DNA of 64,000 bases, taken from the NCBI GenBank assembly GCA_051294375.1, contig CM119266.1, positions 15,996,760 through 16,060,759 on the forward strand. The letters run 5' to 3'. The translations under genes were made by a program, and so were the position numbers. This DNA comes from Paraspadella gotoi. Its lineage: Eukaryota > Animalia > Chaetognatha. Positions 32,925 through 47,137 of this stretch are shown piece by piece; within the stretch, counting starts at the first letter, position 1, and each line of letters starts with the position of its first letter. Under the pieces are notes generated by a model that worked only from the letters and a program-made list of their open reading frames with translations, did no database searches and had not been told where the DNA came from.

Positions 32925-35654
32925 GAAAGAGAGGGGAAAGGAGAGAAGAAGCCACCTCACCATTAGAAAAAAAAGTTTCTTTCTTTTTTTTTGAGAGAGA
33001 AAAATCTTTTCATAAGGAAGTCCTCCTGGGATCGATTGAAACGGCGACTTTTTAACCTCCGTCTTTGTTACGAGAAAACGGGAAGATTTTTCGCGGTTTT
33101 TCGGGCCTTCGGTGGAGCGAAGGCGGAGATGCGCGTACGGGAGCTGCTCGCACGTGATGCGCGCGCCCGGACGATGCTCGCATGTGATATACACGCAATT
33201 GAGGGGCTCATTTTGGTTGGTTTTTAGGCGAGATTGTGCTACCTCGTGAAATCGATTCTGTCATTGCAACCTTAATTTTCGAAGCTAATTAGCCACATTG
33301 TATAAATTTTTAAATATCGATTATAGCAGACATTTTTCGGGTGATAATGTTTATTTACCAGAAAACGAGAAAAGGTCAATCGCAAAATGAAATGAAAAAG
33401 GTGTGAAAGGTATTATATAATTAAGAAAAGTTTGATTGTATTAGTTCGTATATATATATGAAAGGTTAGATCACGTATAGATACAAAAAATTAAAATTAA
33501 AAAGAGAATAAAAAGGACGAGGTGAGTGAATGAATCGCCTCGCGGCGCCACTGACGACGCTGCTGGGCGCAGTACCGTGAGTCCTCGATTCTGCGTGGCC
33601 CGGTCGATAACGCCGGCGTCACTTCTCATCCAGTGACTCTCTTCCGGCGCCAAATGTAAGAGTCGTGGTTCCCTTAAAATCTTCATTACAACTTTTTTTC
33701 GACTTTTTCGACTTTTTCGACTTCAGAAAATCCGAAATCGAAGAACCGATGACCAAGAAACTCGTCAAATGTTTTGCAATTCCTGACGCATCAAAACTAA
33801 TGNNNNNNNNNNAAAGTAGAAACATCCGAGAAAGAGATGAGCGCGAAGATGCAAAGCACGCAAATATGCAAATGAATTTAAAGGGTGGGGGAAAAAAAAG
33901 AGAAAAGCCTTTTCTGTGTATTGTGTTCTTCTTATTTCTTGTTTCCGACGTCTTTTGTCTAGGGAGGAAAAAGCTGGTAAAAAGGAAATCCTTTCGGGCG
34001 TTTCATATTCATAAGATCATTAGAATACCAAAAAAATCATCATTAGAATATTTCCTAATGACAAGCGNNNNNNNNNNNNNNNNNNNNNNNNNNNNNNNNN
34101 NNNNNNNNNNNNNNNNNNNNNNNNNNNNNNNNNNNNNNNNNNNNNNNNNNNNNNNNNNNNNNNNNNNNNNNNNNNNNNNNNNNNNNNNNNNNNNNNNNNN
34201 NNNNNNNNNNNNNNNNNNNNNNNNNNNNNNNNNNNNNNNNNNNNNNNNNNNNNNNNNNNNNNNNNNNNNNNNNNNNNNNNNNNNNNNNNNNNNNNNNNNN
34301 NNNNNNNNNNNNNNNGTCGTCGTTGTTGTTGTTGCAACTTTTTTTTCCCTTCGTTCACCAGAGAGAAAAGAGAAAAGTTTCTTCGGTTAAAAATGCAAAT
34401 TCGTCGCAACGAAACTTCGGTGCAAATCGTTATTACATCCTTCGTTAACTGTTGAGGGAGAAAATTTTGAGAATTCCCAATAGCGAATTTTATACCGTCT
34501 TCGTCATCGGTGTCGAAAAGTGACCACACAACCTCCAAAATTATATATTTGAGAATTATAAAAACAGTTAAATATACTTTCTATGAATATAAAATTTAAT
34601 TACTGGTTAGATTCAAAATAATAAAACATGAAGGAGAAACAGGAGAAGGATTTTACGAAAAATAGAGGAAAAAAAAGAACATAAAAAGTATTAAAAAAAA
34701 AGAATAAAAATATCTATACAAAGTTTAAAATTTTCACATATCTACAGTCTCTTCACATTGACGAAAGAATGGACAAGCTTTTGTCTCACAACCCTGGTGG
34801 TAGAGCCTCTTCTTCTTTGTCGATATCCCTTCATCATTCTCTCAATAGAACCACCAACCCAGGACATACCCCACCATCATTCCAAAGCCCTCGCCCACCC
34901 GCCAACCACCTCGTCGAACCCTCCGGGTCCCAAAATACGATAAGAAGCTCGATTAGTTCCGCGGGACCCGAAATTTTGGGAAAACTTTTTTNNNNNNNNN
35001 NTTGTTTTTATTTTCCTTTTTTTTCCTTTTTTCTGAAAGGGATTAATGATGGAGTAAAAGTCTTAAAGGAAAACAAGGCCGTAACCACAAAAACATATTT
35101 ATTTCCCCATATTGTTGTGAATGACGCTGTAATAATTCACGAAATATTTTCGGGAATTTCGGCCAAAACCGAACAGAGGTAAAGAGAATGAATGAATGAA
35201 ACGAGGAGAGAGTAATAGATATGAATACTTTGCTCCGGAATTGCTTCAGAACATTGATAAAAATCCTAAAACCAATAATTGTAATCTTTTGATAACATTT
35301 TTTAGTTATTCTTTCATTTGATGCTCCGTGCTCACTGCTCCACCGCCCGCACAAACCCCCCCCTATTCCGCTTCATCAGGTAGTTCATTTCTTCGCCAAA
35401 TTTTCTCCACTTTTTCCCAAAACTCGAAAAACTTGGCAGCCTTCGTCTTCGAAAACCTTTTTTTTTTTATCGGCGAAAGGAGGGGAAATTTCCGATGTTT
35501 TCTTTTCGATGATGAAGCACCTGCCAAAAAAGACGCCCCCTGGGACACACCATCGACCCCTCGCCCCAACGGGGCACCACAACCCCTGTCTCCTCGCCCC
35601 ACGGGCGGCACCTCACTCCTTCGCCCTCTCGCGACACCCCAGCACCACACCACG
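32925..35654 (+). repeat. Block A copy 3 (partial, equivalent to about 24145-26854)
   Basis: Starts at GAGAGGGGAAAGGAGAGAAGAAGCCACC and is collinear up to CAGCACCACACCACG, then switches to unrelated sequence (GATCCCTTCTGCG). Confidence 0.93.
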
Positions 35655-35784
35655 GATCCCTTCTGCGCTGCAGGTTGCACAACATCCTCACAACGAATTC
35701 CTGCTTCAATTTCCTGGTCCCATTTATTTAGCAAATTTTTTTTACCCTAACTCAATGAAACTGAAAGTCTGGGTGAATACCTAT

Positions 35785-35819
35785 GTTAACTCTGTACAAC
35801 ATGTTTGTACAGAGTTAAC
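35785..35819. repeat. Perfect 15-bp inverted repeat with 5-nt spacer
   Basis: GTTAACTCTGTACAA-CATGT-TTGTACAGAGTTAAC. Confidence 0.9.
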
Positions 35820-36417
35820 TACATACCATAGGAAATCTTTTCCAATCTTTATTAAAATGATCGTAATTGAAATCGATCTTTTTAAAAATCTCACCAATAA
35901 GAACAAAAGGACTCATACTTCGTCAATTTCAAAGAAGTAACGAACTGTGTTCACGTGTTTGGTCCCTTCAGTAAAACATGAAGAGGTTTTTCAGTTTAAA
36001 GTTAAAATCCTTCAAAAGAATCAACCGTTTTTAGAAACAAGACCAACAACTGAGGAGTGAGGACTCTCGGATGGCCTTTTTCAACGAACAAAGTTGTACT
36101 ACGTCTTTGTAAGATGTTAATGTTTTTGGTACGGCTTCGTCAAAATTCAGGGTAAACAATCTCCGAAATAAAATATGTTTTCATTTCGATTCGTTTTCTT
36201 CGTTCAATCACTTGACCACCCGATCCCTTTCTCTCCCCCAATCTACGGAACTCCTGCGAAGAACGAAAATCAAGAATTGAAAAAAAAACTCTGCTTTTGT
36301 TTATCCTAATGAAAGGAAATTTCGAGGGGTGGAGAGGAACGGGAGAGGAACGGGAGAGACTGGGGTGACTTGGTGGTCATTACGAAAGAGAATTGTACTC
36401 TGTCATCAAGATAATTG

Positions 36418-36452
<35 letters not shown>

Positions 36453-38034
36453 TCCAATACACTCCAGTCTCCCTAGTATATTTTCCAACTGAAAAAACTA
36501 AGAAGCTTGAAAACGGCAAAAAGTTAAAAACCTTTTTCTTTTTCTTTGGGCTGCAAACCGCGTCCTAAGGTGAAGAAGGAAATGAAAGCGGAAGGAAAGT
36601 TTTTTGTAGCGAAAACAAAATAACATTTAAATTTTCGATTGAAACATCATTTTCCTAAATTTATCGGGAGAGATGAACCGAGGTTCGACTGGAGTTGTTC
36701 CCTTTGATAGTCTGAGTGAAACAAGATTTTTTTTTTTCAATTTTAATCATTACGAAGCGTGGAGGAAGTTATTTTATGGAGCTTACTGTTAAGCAGGAAT
36801 TATACCCCTTCTGTACTGACAAGAATTTTAGCTAATGCCCACTTATTTAGTTATTTAATTTTTTTTCGCTTTGTAAAAAGAGTTAGGTAAGCTTAACAGA
36901 CACTGTAAGTAATTTTTTTAAGGAATGCAGTGTCATACGTAGTAAAATAAAAGTTTATTTAATTACATCCATCAAACTTTCACCAAATTCTATACCGAGA
37001 GAAAGAAATAAAAGAAAAAATAAACAAACAGAGTGAAACAAAGAAAAAAGAAAAAAATAGAAGAAAGAACGAAAAAGTTGAGCTAAAAGATTTCCCAGTC
37101 AATTTAGCATCTTTGGTGTTTTCCTAACCTTTTGTTATTTTTGGTTTCGGCCCGAAAACCAGGGGAGGAAAAGCTCGGCGGGGGGCGATGGGGGCGGGGG
37201 AGAGATAGGGGGGACTGGGGGGCGGGAAGAGTGAAGGGGGGACGAGGGCGGGAAAGAGGAAGGGGATGGGTAAAAGAAAGGCGGGGAAGAAAAGGGAAAA
37301 GAAAGGATTGGGAAGGGGAAAAGAAAAAGAGGGTAAAAGTGAAGTCACTCGCAAAATTCTATATTTGGAAAGAAAATTAACTGATTGACTGCCACCTTGA
37401 CTCGAAGCCTGGTGTGGAAATTCTGTTTGGACCAATTAGGATTCCATTAACCCGAGTTAATTTAATTTTCGTTATTCACTTCTCAGATTTTCTTCCCGAA
37501 ATCTGTTGTTTTTCATTCGATTTTAGATGAGGTTAAGAACGGTTCACGTTGAGAAAAAAAAACACCACTCGACGGTTAAAAAAAAAAGTTTACTTTCTAA
37601 ATTTAAAGGCCACATTGACGAATTCCGAGCTCGCTCACATTCCTCGAATATGTATTCCATAGTTAACGTTATTTCAGACAATTCAAACGCGAAACTTGGA
37701 GCAAGAGTCGAATGTTTCGCGATCCTAATCGTATTTTCATCTCCAACTGGGGAAATTTCGTTCATGAAGCCTAAGTTAATTAAAAGCATGAAAGTCAACA
37801 TTTACTAAAGAAGAAAAAAAAGAAAGTTTTTTTTAATGATTTCAATAAAAAGCTTTTTTTTTTTTTTGTGAAAGGAAGAATTTCTTACCGCGCCCTGCTT
37901 TATCAACATCCCGGTATAATTTAATAGAATTTCGTGAGTTTGGGTCAAATCCGAATTTTTATTTGAGAGTCAAAGATGGTAACTAGGAATCCCTCTATAA
38001 TTATGTTTTATAGAAATGAAAGAGAGAGAGAGAA

Positions 38035-38138
<104 letters not shown>

Positions 38139-38454
38139 GCGCAGGATAAATAGAACCCAGCGCCAATAAAACAACCTACCTTCGCCCGTCCCCCCGGTGC
38201 TGTCAAAATTTTTTGAAAGGAGGGAAAATTTGGAAGACAAACGAGGCTGCGGCGCTGTTGCCTTCCCGGTCTTACCTTGACATTAAAAACAAAAGACATC
38301 AAAACCGAGAAGACATCAAATAAAAAATAGACAAAAGACGCGTAAAAACAAAAGACGTCGAAATTCAAGGGGAAAAAAAAAGTTCCGTATGAATACGATG
38401 TCGCGCGTCGCTCGGTTTATTTTTAAAAACACGGGGCGCTTGAACAGGGCGGGA

Positions 38455-38542
<88 letters not shown>

Positions 38543-39521
38543 AATTACGTCCCGTAAAATACGTAAACACGGAAGAGGCGAAAATTAAAACGACGAAACG
38601 CGGCCGCCGAATCAGTCATCCTCGAAAAAACTGAGGAGGTAAACATTAAACAAACACAAAACAAAACAAAACATACACAAATCTCTCTTTCCCGCGCCGA
38701 GAGAGAGAGAAAAAAAATGGCGTGGTCTCGGAGTTGAAAGAAGTAAAGAACGAGTTGCGATTAAATTCCGATGGAGACAAAAACAAAAGATCAACGAAAA
38801 ATATTAAACCAAGGCGGTGACAGAATGTCTCGGTTGGCAGATTTGGTAGAGTTTCGCTTTTGTTTATAATCTCGTTTTTATCAATTTCACCAACGTCAGA
38901 ATCTATTCGCCTTTACGAACATTATCAGCACTACCGATGTCTAATAATTAAGGTTTTACAAACATTAGTAATTTAGTATACCATCATTTTTTTTTACATC
39001 ACTGGTTCCTACATTTTTCCGTATCACGTTTTATTTTACTTTTATCATCATCATCTCTCGAGCCCTCATCGTCGATATCATCATCACCGTCATATGGCGT
39101 CATAATCACCAACATCATCACTTCGTCATCGTCTTTAATTTTTCGCGAGATTCTCCCTTTTTTTCACGAGTCTTTCGAGAAAGTGGATGACGAGGAAAAA
39201 TATGCAAATGAGTTTCGGGCAGGAGAGAGAAAATACCTGGAAAGAAAAAGGAAGAAAAAAGCGGAAGAAAAAAAGCGCCGACGAGCGGCAGCACCTTTGC
39301 TTATCTTCGGAAGACAAAAGAACAAAATGGGAGATAATTTTAGTTTTTTTTTTCTTTTGAAAATCTTCTTCTTTTCTTTCTTTTTTCGTTACCCGCTTTT
39401 TTTTTTCCTTTCTTTCCTACCTTCTCTCTCATTTTTTTTCCTGTTTTTTTCACCGTTTTCTTTTTACTTTTTTGATTTTCTTTCCAACTCCATAGTTTCT
39501 TTCTTGTTTTCTCCTTATTCC

Positions 39522-40383
39522 TATTTCGAGGTCCGGATTTCAGTTTTTCTCCGGAATGCAGTTCAACAATTCCGCGGAAAAAAAAAAGATTAAGGGGGAA
39601 TTTCAGGTTTTTGACAAGAGACTTTCCGTTTTATTTCTTGGCTCTTTCTTTTCTCTGCCAGGATCTTAAGTGAGTTCGATTAAAAAGAATGAAAGAAAAA
39701 AAATGAAAGAAAGAAAAAAGAAGGGGGAAATTTTTCCGAAGGTAATTACCGCTAATGAGAAAGGAAGGCGGAGAGAAGGAAAAAAAAGGAGGAGAGTGAA
39801 AATTAAGAGAGAAATTGAAATTTAACCCGGCTGAAAAATGGAAGGGAGAGCACAGTGGTTGAATTCTTAACTTGTTTAAATTCTTTATAACGAGTAATGA
39901 CTTTTTAAAAAAAAATATAAATGGAAAAGTCAGGCGTCATTTTAAAAATAATATTTACGTTTTTGTACGTATTATACTGTGACCATGGAACATTGTCCCA
40001 CTGCACAGTTTTTAGGTTTTCTGTCAAAAAAAGGAAACTCTTTAAATCTATTTTTTTCTCATGAGTAGATCGTCCTTTTCGAGATCCACTGTGCCTTCTT
40101 TCTCTCTTCCCCCACCTTAGGATCATCGCCGAGGAAGAGACAGAAAGAAAAATGTCAAGGTGATAAAAGCCGTCATTAAGGAATGTTCCGCCATCTTGTC
40201 GTTGAGGACGACGAAAACGACGACGAAGACGACGACGACCGAAACGATGAAGTTTAATCTAGCGAAGCTCAAGCTTTGACCATATGTGCCGCCTTTTCCG
40301 CTTCGTTTCCCTTCTTTTTCTCTTCATTCTTCATTTCAAACGTGAAAAAAACTTGAAGAGGCAAAAATTCTGTTTAAAATATA

Positions 40384-40475
<92 letters not shown>

Positions 40476-43400
40476 TCCTGCAACGCTAACCGGAACTCGT
40501 TTTCCGTTTCGGAAAAAAAAAAACCTCAAAAAATAGAGAAAAATAAATCTCGACATTCCAGACATTTTATTTCTTTATTAAATAAATTAGCGGGCACCTT
40601 ATGAAGCCTTAACCGGTTAGAACGTTTCCTAACTTTTTTCTTTCTTTCTCCTTCTCGAGAGTTTTCAGTAATTGAGTCTGTGTTTTTCTTGAACGGTGAC
40701 TCCTTTCACCAATCAATCAATTTTCCGTCCAAAGGCTATTAGTCGATGTTATTAGAGAAATGATTGGCGATGCGATCGTCAACCTGATTGGAAATACGTG
40801 ATTAGATTAAATTATGGAACAAAGTAACAGCGAAAGATTTATTAGAAGAGTGGTGGATATCAATTAGACTGGGAAAGGAAGTTTCGATGTGATTTTAGTG
40901 AAAGATTTGTCCAAGTGATTTAAAACGATAACTTTTGAAAAGCTATTTACGTATTTATGCTTCACCGAAAAGCAGAACTTATTATCGAATTTAGTTACGA
41001 ATTCCGAAAAAGTTTTCTTCTTGACGGATTTTCTTTGCCTGTCCCACCGAAATTATCTAGAAAACAAAAAAGGGAAGGAAAAAAATAGGGGNNNNNNNNN
41101 NAACCAAAAAAAAACTTTCTTAACCTTTTTAGTGACGGAAAATTAGCAGATGTTGACTTACGAAATTATTCAAGGGGAAAAAAATCACGTTTTTCTTCGT
41201 CTTGAAATTTTTCAGGTTCTTAGGACTTTTGAAAAAAAATGGCTGCGAAAGAATCACTACTATGTAGTTGTGATGAGAGAATTTTAAGTGGATCTTTGTT
41301 AGAGTTTTGAAAGTTTAAAGGGTTTTATAAATTGAACTACTTTAAAGAGAAAACATGATTATTAAGTTATGTTCCTTAGGCAAGAATTATAACAACCGGA
41401 AAAAGTTTTATATTTTCCGAAGTCGGAGAAATCAAAGCGTAAAAAGTTCACTGGGGTGAATAGTGAGTCATACTTTTATCTCTCCCACCTAGCTCCTACC
41501 AGCCTTCCCCCCCCTAAAAAAAATACCCGCTTTTAACGTCATTTTTATTTTCGAAAAAAAAATGTTATCGAGTTATTTTTCTATATTTTTCTACACTTAC
41601 GACAGAAACCCACACACGGCGATTGAGTTTTTAGGTGGACTGCGAACGACCTGAGAGAGAATATTGTGAATAGAGATTCTGCGGAGCGTCTACGGTAACA
41701 GACAATAATAAATAAGTTTGTTACGTCGTCGCTCCCTTCAGGACGCGTTCGTCGTCGTCGCCTCGCCGGCGGCGAAAAAGAAAGATTTTCTCAGACTCGG
41801 GCACCGATTTTGTGTCACCGGAAATAAGTTCTTTGAAGATGGAGAATGAAATGTTGTTTTAAAGTTTGTAATCTAATAAGAGGCTCGGATCTAGAGCTTT
41901 CATATTCGATTATGACTTCATTAAGAAAAATTTTAATATTGATGTTTTGACTGTCGTGTGTTTCAAAAAATAAAGACGCTCGTGCAATACTAAGTTCTTC
42001 GTTACATAATATGACCATTTATTTCACTTTTTGGAGCCTACCTTCAATCCTTTTTTCATCCGAAAATTGAAAACTGTGATCGAAAAAAAAAATTCTTTTG
42101 AAAGGCCGGGCCGGGGTAAATTGAGATTTTTTTGATAAGATAAGAAAACTGAGGGAAAATTTTTTTTTTTTTTTCGGTTACTTTCGGTTAAGTTTTTCTA
42201 TATGTTCATAGCGCGGTCTACGGACGACAGTTCATAACTTTACCAGTAATAGTTAAGAAATTTACTAGTCGGCGCCGAAGTTTGGGAAGGTTGTGAGAGG
42301 CCATTAGCCACCAAAAAACCAAATCGGCCATAATCTTCTTCTTTTTTCGTTCTCGTCGTCGTCGTCGTCGTCATTGTCGCGTCGTCACCGACTCCATTTC
42401 GAACCCATTTTCCCTCACTTTGTTCCATCCGCTTTTCGCCTTCTTCCAAGTTTACTTTGAACCGGCCGCGGGCAGACGAGGTTGCGGCGGCAGCGGCGGC
42501 AGCGGCGGCAGCGGCGGCAGCGGCAGCGTCAACAGCGCCAGCGACGGCGATTGCTACTCAACCCACTTGACCCGCTTCCACCCCATCCACTCCGCCACAC
42601 GCGTTCTCCCTTTTTAACCCGTCTACGTGATTCTCCACTTCCGGGTTCCTTCCACTACGAAGGTCGACTGCGTCCTCGTGGTTCGTTGTGGGCGTGGGCC
42701 GAGTCGTGGGCTTAGGCGTGGGCATGGGCGTGGGAGTTAGCTGAGACATGTTTGTGGACGTGGGCGTATCATCCCAATCGTTTCTGGAGCCAATTCAAGT
42801 TTACGAGTATTGTTGAGTGATGAAGCACAATAAAACCATAATTAACTCCTGCGATCAAAAACACCAACTCTTGCACCACATCTCACTTTACTAAAATGTA
42901 TACAATCACTTTTTACTAATGCGCCCATCCTCACCTCACAGAATAACAAACTCTCACCACCTTCAAGCGCCAGCATCACATCACCGGCGCGCCCCCTCCT
43001 CGCCACTTTCTATCTCCCTCTCCTCTCGTCTCCTCTCACGAATCGAAGACGTTCACGTTCACTCGTTGTAGCCGCTCGTCACCGCCTCTCATCAACTGAG
43101 CAAATATACGAGCAAAAATCTTGCCCCACCGCAACGACGACGACGAGAACGACGACCAAGTTGAATACGATGACAATAATTAATTAGCAAGGATGGCTTG
43201 TGTGAAAATGTTTAACTATCATTAGTTTTAATTTCAATTAATGTCGAAAGGGTAGTTGGCAAAAGTGACCACGATGAACTTGATAAAAATAGAAAAAACA
43301 TTCGATTATAATATAAACATTAACAGGAAATAAGAGCATAAATTATATAATAAAAATAAGCACTAATGGACCAAAACTTTTAAAGCCGAAAACGATGACT

Positions 43401-43817
43401 TTGTCAGTCTTCGAAGATGACAATGGTGACGACGACGAGGACGACGACGACAGAACTTTTTAACCTTCGTGAAAGTTGTTTAACTTGTCTCTCCCTCTCT
43501 TCTCTGGGTTAAAAGATGAGAACGTGAGGATTTCTCGTGAGTTTCACTCGCTTGTCCGCCCTTCCCGTTCTTCCTGCCCGAGCTTTTCTATTTCGTCCTT
43601 TGAAAAAAAAATGATTTCAGTCAAAACTTTGATGGACAACGTGAGGTAGCTGTTTACCTGGAAATTTATCGTTAATTTTAAAAGCCTAATATTGAGGATT
43701 AACTTTTGGTAATTAAATAATTTTAAGCAATCGAAGCTTTTGAGTTTTATAAACTAAAAAAACTAAATTCCTAAAATTTTATCCAAAGGCTATTTCCCTT
43801 GTTCTCCCGCTCTCAGT

Positions 43818-43907
<90 letters not shown>

Positions 43908-45227
43908 TTCGCTCACGAATCAGGTGGCGAAGTAAAAGTTTAAAAGAATAAGTGGATAAAAGAAAGAGATTGAGAAAGAGAAAAAGTGGAGAAAGAGAAA
44001 GTAAATTGAAATCTTCTTGGGTGGCGGCCGCCGCTTCAATCAACGCGAACCAGGTTTTTGATGAAAAAATAATGGGGAAGGAGATGCGTGGGGAAAGAGG
44101 GTGGGGGAAGCAGAGAGAGACAGAGCAGAGAGAGACGAGAAGATCAAGAGAGACCGAGAGAGAGACGAGACGTAGCAGCAGGAGAGAAGCGAGAGAGAGA
44201 GGAGTAAGAGAGAGAGAGAGAAAGAAAGCCTAACAGCAATGCTACTAATAAAGCCGTTAGAGCCTATCATTAAGTAGCATTCTGGCAATGAAAACAAATA
44301 AGGAAACAAAAGAAGAAAACAACAAAATAAAGCGAATGTAAAGAACGACGGGAACGACGGGAATCGAAAGAGAGACGAATGAAGTTGGCGATCGATTCGA
44401 AGGTCGGGCGCCAGTCGTTGTTGTTGTCGTCGTTGTCGTCGTCCAGGCATTGAACCGTCAGATTCGACCCGGAAAAAAAAAAACCTGGGACCCTCGAATC
44501 GTCGACCTCGAACCCCAGGAGTGTCGACCTCGTTGCTCGAAGCCTCAATGAGTTTCGCTTGGAAAAGTCAGAGTTGACAAATGGTTCCGCCCCCTTTTTT
44601 TTCGAGAGGCTCTCTCGATTGTCGAAGGCTCTCGACGCGACCGAAGGAATGAACAAAGTATCAACGAAAGTAGACAGAGTTGAAGGATTTTCAAAGAGTG
44701 GCTATAGTCTTATGCGATAGGGTCGTTCTTGCTAATGTCAGCTTGTTACATCGTAGTCTTCTTGGCTAATTTAATAATGAATATATATAAAGTTTATATA
44801 TCTTACGTTGATAAAATAGACGAGTTTTCAACCTAAGGTGGCAAAAATTAATGAATTAAAAGAAGGGGAAAAAAAGAGTTTTTAAAAACGCATCTTGTCA
44901 ATATCTCTAGCTTCAACTCTTCATTCTTTTCTCCCCAAATTTTGTAAACAAACGACTGAATTTGTTTACGACGGATTATCAATTACTTTCCTTCGCTCTT
45001 GACTCGAGAGGGAGCGACGTATTTCGAACCAACGAAGGAAAAAAAAAAGTAAAAGTGGATATTTTCACTCTGACGTTTGTTTACCTTTTGTTCTTGAAAA
45101 AGTTCTTCACGTGAAATCACCCGAGAGCTCGAGCGACGACGATGATGACGACGATGACGACGATCGGTCGGACGATGGTGATTAGCCGATTTACGTCACC
45201 ATAGAGACAACGATGAAAGCTTGTTCG
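39522..45227 (+). repeat. Block B copy 1 (about 5.7 kb, lacks the SINE)
   Basis: Collinear with 52824-58695 and 61472-64000; ends GATGAAAGCTTGTTCG before a 25-N gap. Confidence 0.95.
40391..40475. repeat. (AAT)n microsatellite, about 28 units
   Basis: Perfect run here; interrupted versions at about 53680-53763 and 62330-62411. Confidence 0.97.
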
Positions 45228-45837
45228 NNNNNNNNNNNNNNNNNNNNNNNNNGGAGGAGATAAATGACCCCGCGTTCCCGTTGGGTCAGTTTTCTCCGCC
45301 TCCGCATTCTTACCATTTCCTCTTTACCTCTAAACTCATTCTTGTCTTTCCCACCTTTTACCATCACCACCCATGCCCCCTACCACTTCACCACCGGTTT
45401 TTTTGACTCAAGTGGCGGCAAATGACGATTTTTTTTTTCTTTCTGGCTTTTCCTTTTCGGACGATCTGATGAGCTTCGCACAGCTGTGGTCAGGCGAGCT
45501 TGCTCTATTCACGTCAATCTTTCCTCTGAACGATACACGAGCGTCTTCAAAGATTGAGTTTGAAAACGCATTACAACGATTGAACTGAATTTTCTCCCCA
45601 ACTTTTTTTTTTTTGGGGGGGAATTGTAAAGTGTCTGGACGTCGGTTCAATCTGGTCGGTCACAGGTGGTGGTCAGAACTCGACCCGTCATCTTCGTACT
45701 CGGGACAAAGAAAATGGATAGAAATTGGATTCCAGAATGAGGAGGGAATATTAGGAGGGAAAGAGGGTCAGACTGAAGAGAATGAGAGCGAGTGGGGTAG
45801 GGAAGGAAATCATGGGACGAGGGGGGGGAAATAGGGG

Positions 45838-45916
<79 letters not shown>

Positions 45917-46608
45917 GAGGAAACAAAAGAGGAAGAAAGAGAAAAGAAAGAAATTTTAAGAATTTGTAACATACAAATACAAATACCTAAATACTTACCG
46001 AAATACTTTAACTTGAATCAGTACGGAAATATTTTCTTTTCTTTTTTTTTTGCAACCGCCCCCCCTAGCGGGATCTCCTGTCCGAGCTTTAAAAGCCAGC
46101 ATCAGAAGAAGGAAGCGAATAAATTGGTCAAAACTTCTTACCGAAACTCGATTCCCGATTCCCCAACACCCAAATCTTTTTGACCTCACGAATCACGGAC
46201 ACACGGACAGACGGACCCTTCACCCCAATCCTTCGAACCCGAGGATAACCACTTCGACAGAGACATATGGAGGAGAAGGAGGAAGATGAGATGAGAACAG
46301 AAGAAGGAAAGAAAAAGGAAGGGGAAAAAATGAGAGCATAAAGAGCATAAATATGTCACTCGGTTCCTAATTTTCTTTAAATTATTTAGGGTATCGTCTG
46401 AACATAGAAAAAGTGAAATTTTTGCAAGAAATAATTTAAAAAACTACTCAAAATTGTACGTATGAATGCATATAACTGTAAGTATGTAGCTTTTAAGTCT
46501 TGAAAGAGGAAAAGGGATTGAGGAAATGAGACAGATGCCATGAATAATGATGTCGAGAAATGAGTCTTCGGCCGTCAAGGAAGATAATTAGATCAAATTC
46601 CGGACAAT

Positions 46609-46667
46609 GGGCATTGCGGGAGATGCAGTGGGATGAGGGCATTGCGGGAGATGCAGTGGGATGAGGG
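46609..46667. repeat. 28-bp tandem duplication GGGCATTGCGGGAGATGCAGTGGGATGA x2
   Basis: Two exact units here, at about 51180 and (inverted) at about 60727; only one unit in the inverted copy at 52497-52527. Confidence 0.92.
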
Positions 46668-46691
46668 TAGCCAGGTGCCGGACAGAGAGAG

Positions 46692-46777
<86 letters not shown>

Positions 46778-47137
46778 GGAGCGAGCGAGAGTTATGAGAT
46801 GCGAAATATTTACGACCGCCCATCATGACGTTGAATTAGTTAACTTACCTTGGGCCAACGTTGCGTTAGGATTAGAAGTTGCCTTAAATGTTTTTCTTCT
46901 CTTTTAAGACTTAATTTTAAATAAATTTTAAGTTCTACCCTTCTAAACAGTAAACAAAGATTGTTGGATTTATTCTTAGATGCACCGCCTCAGCTTCCCG
47001 ACGATGCAACGACGACTGTACCTTCATAAAAATTCATTTGCATATTGATGACGGCGATTCCTCGGCCACGCCCACCCTGATGAGGCCGAAGCAAATCCTA
47101 ATTCCACCTGAGCCGCTTCTTTACATTTTTTCGGTAC

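Noticed and set aside
44270-44656. 128-aa minus-strand ORF in block B
   Set aside because: No recognisable domain, and the frame is not preserved in the second block-B copy.
45991-46000. ATACTTACC resembling the U1 snRNA 5' end
   Set aside because: The following sequence is not U1; it is just the reverse complement of a GTAAGTAT donor-like motif.
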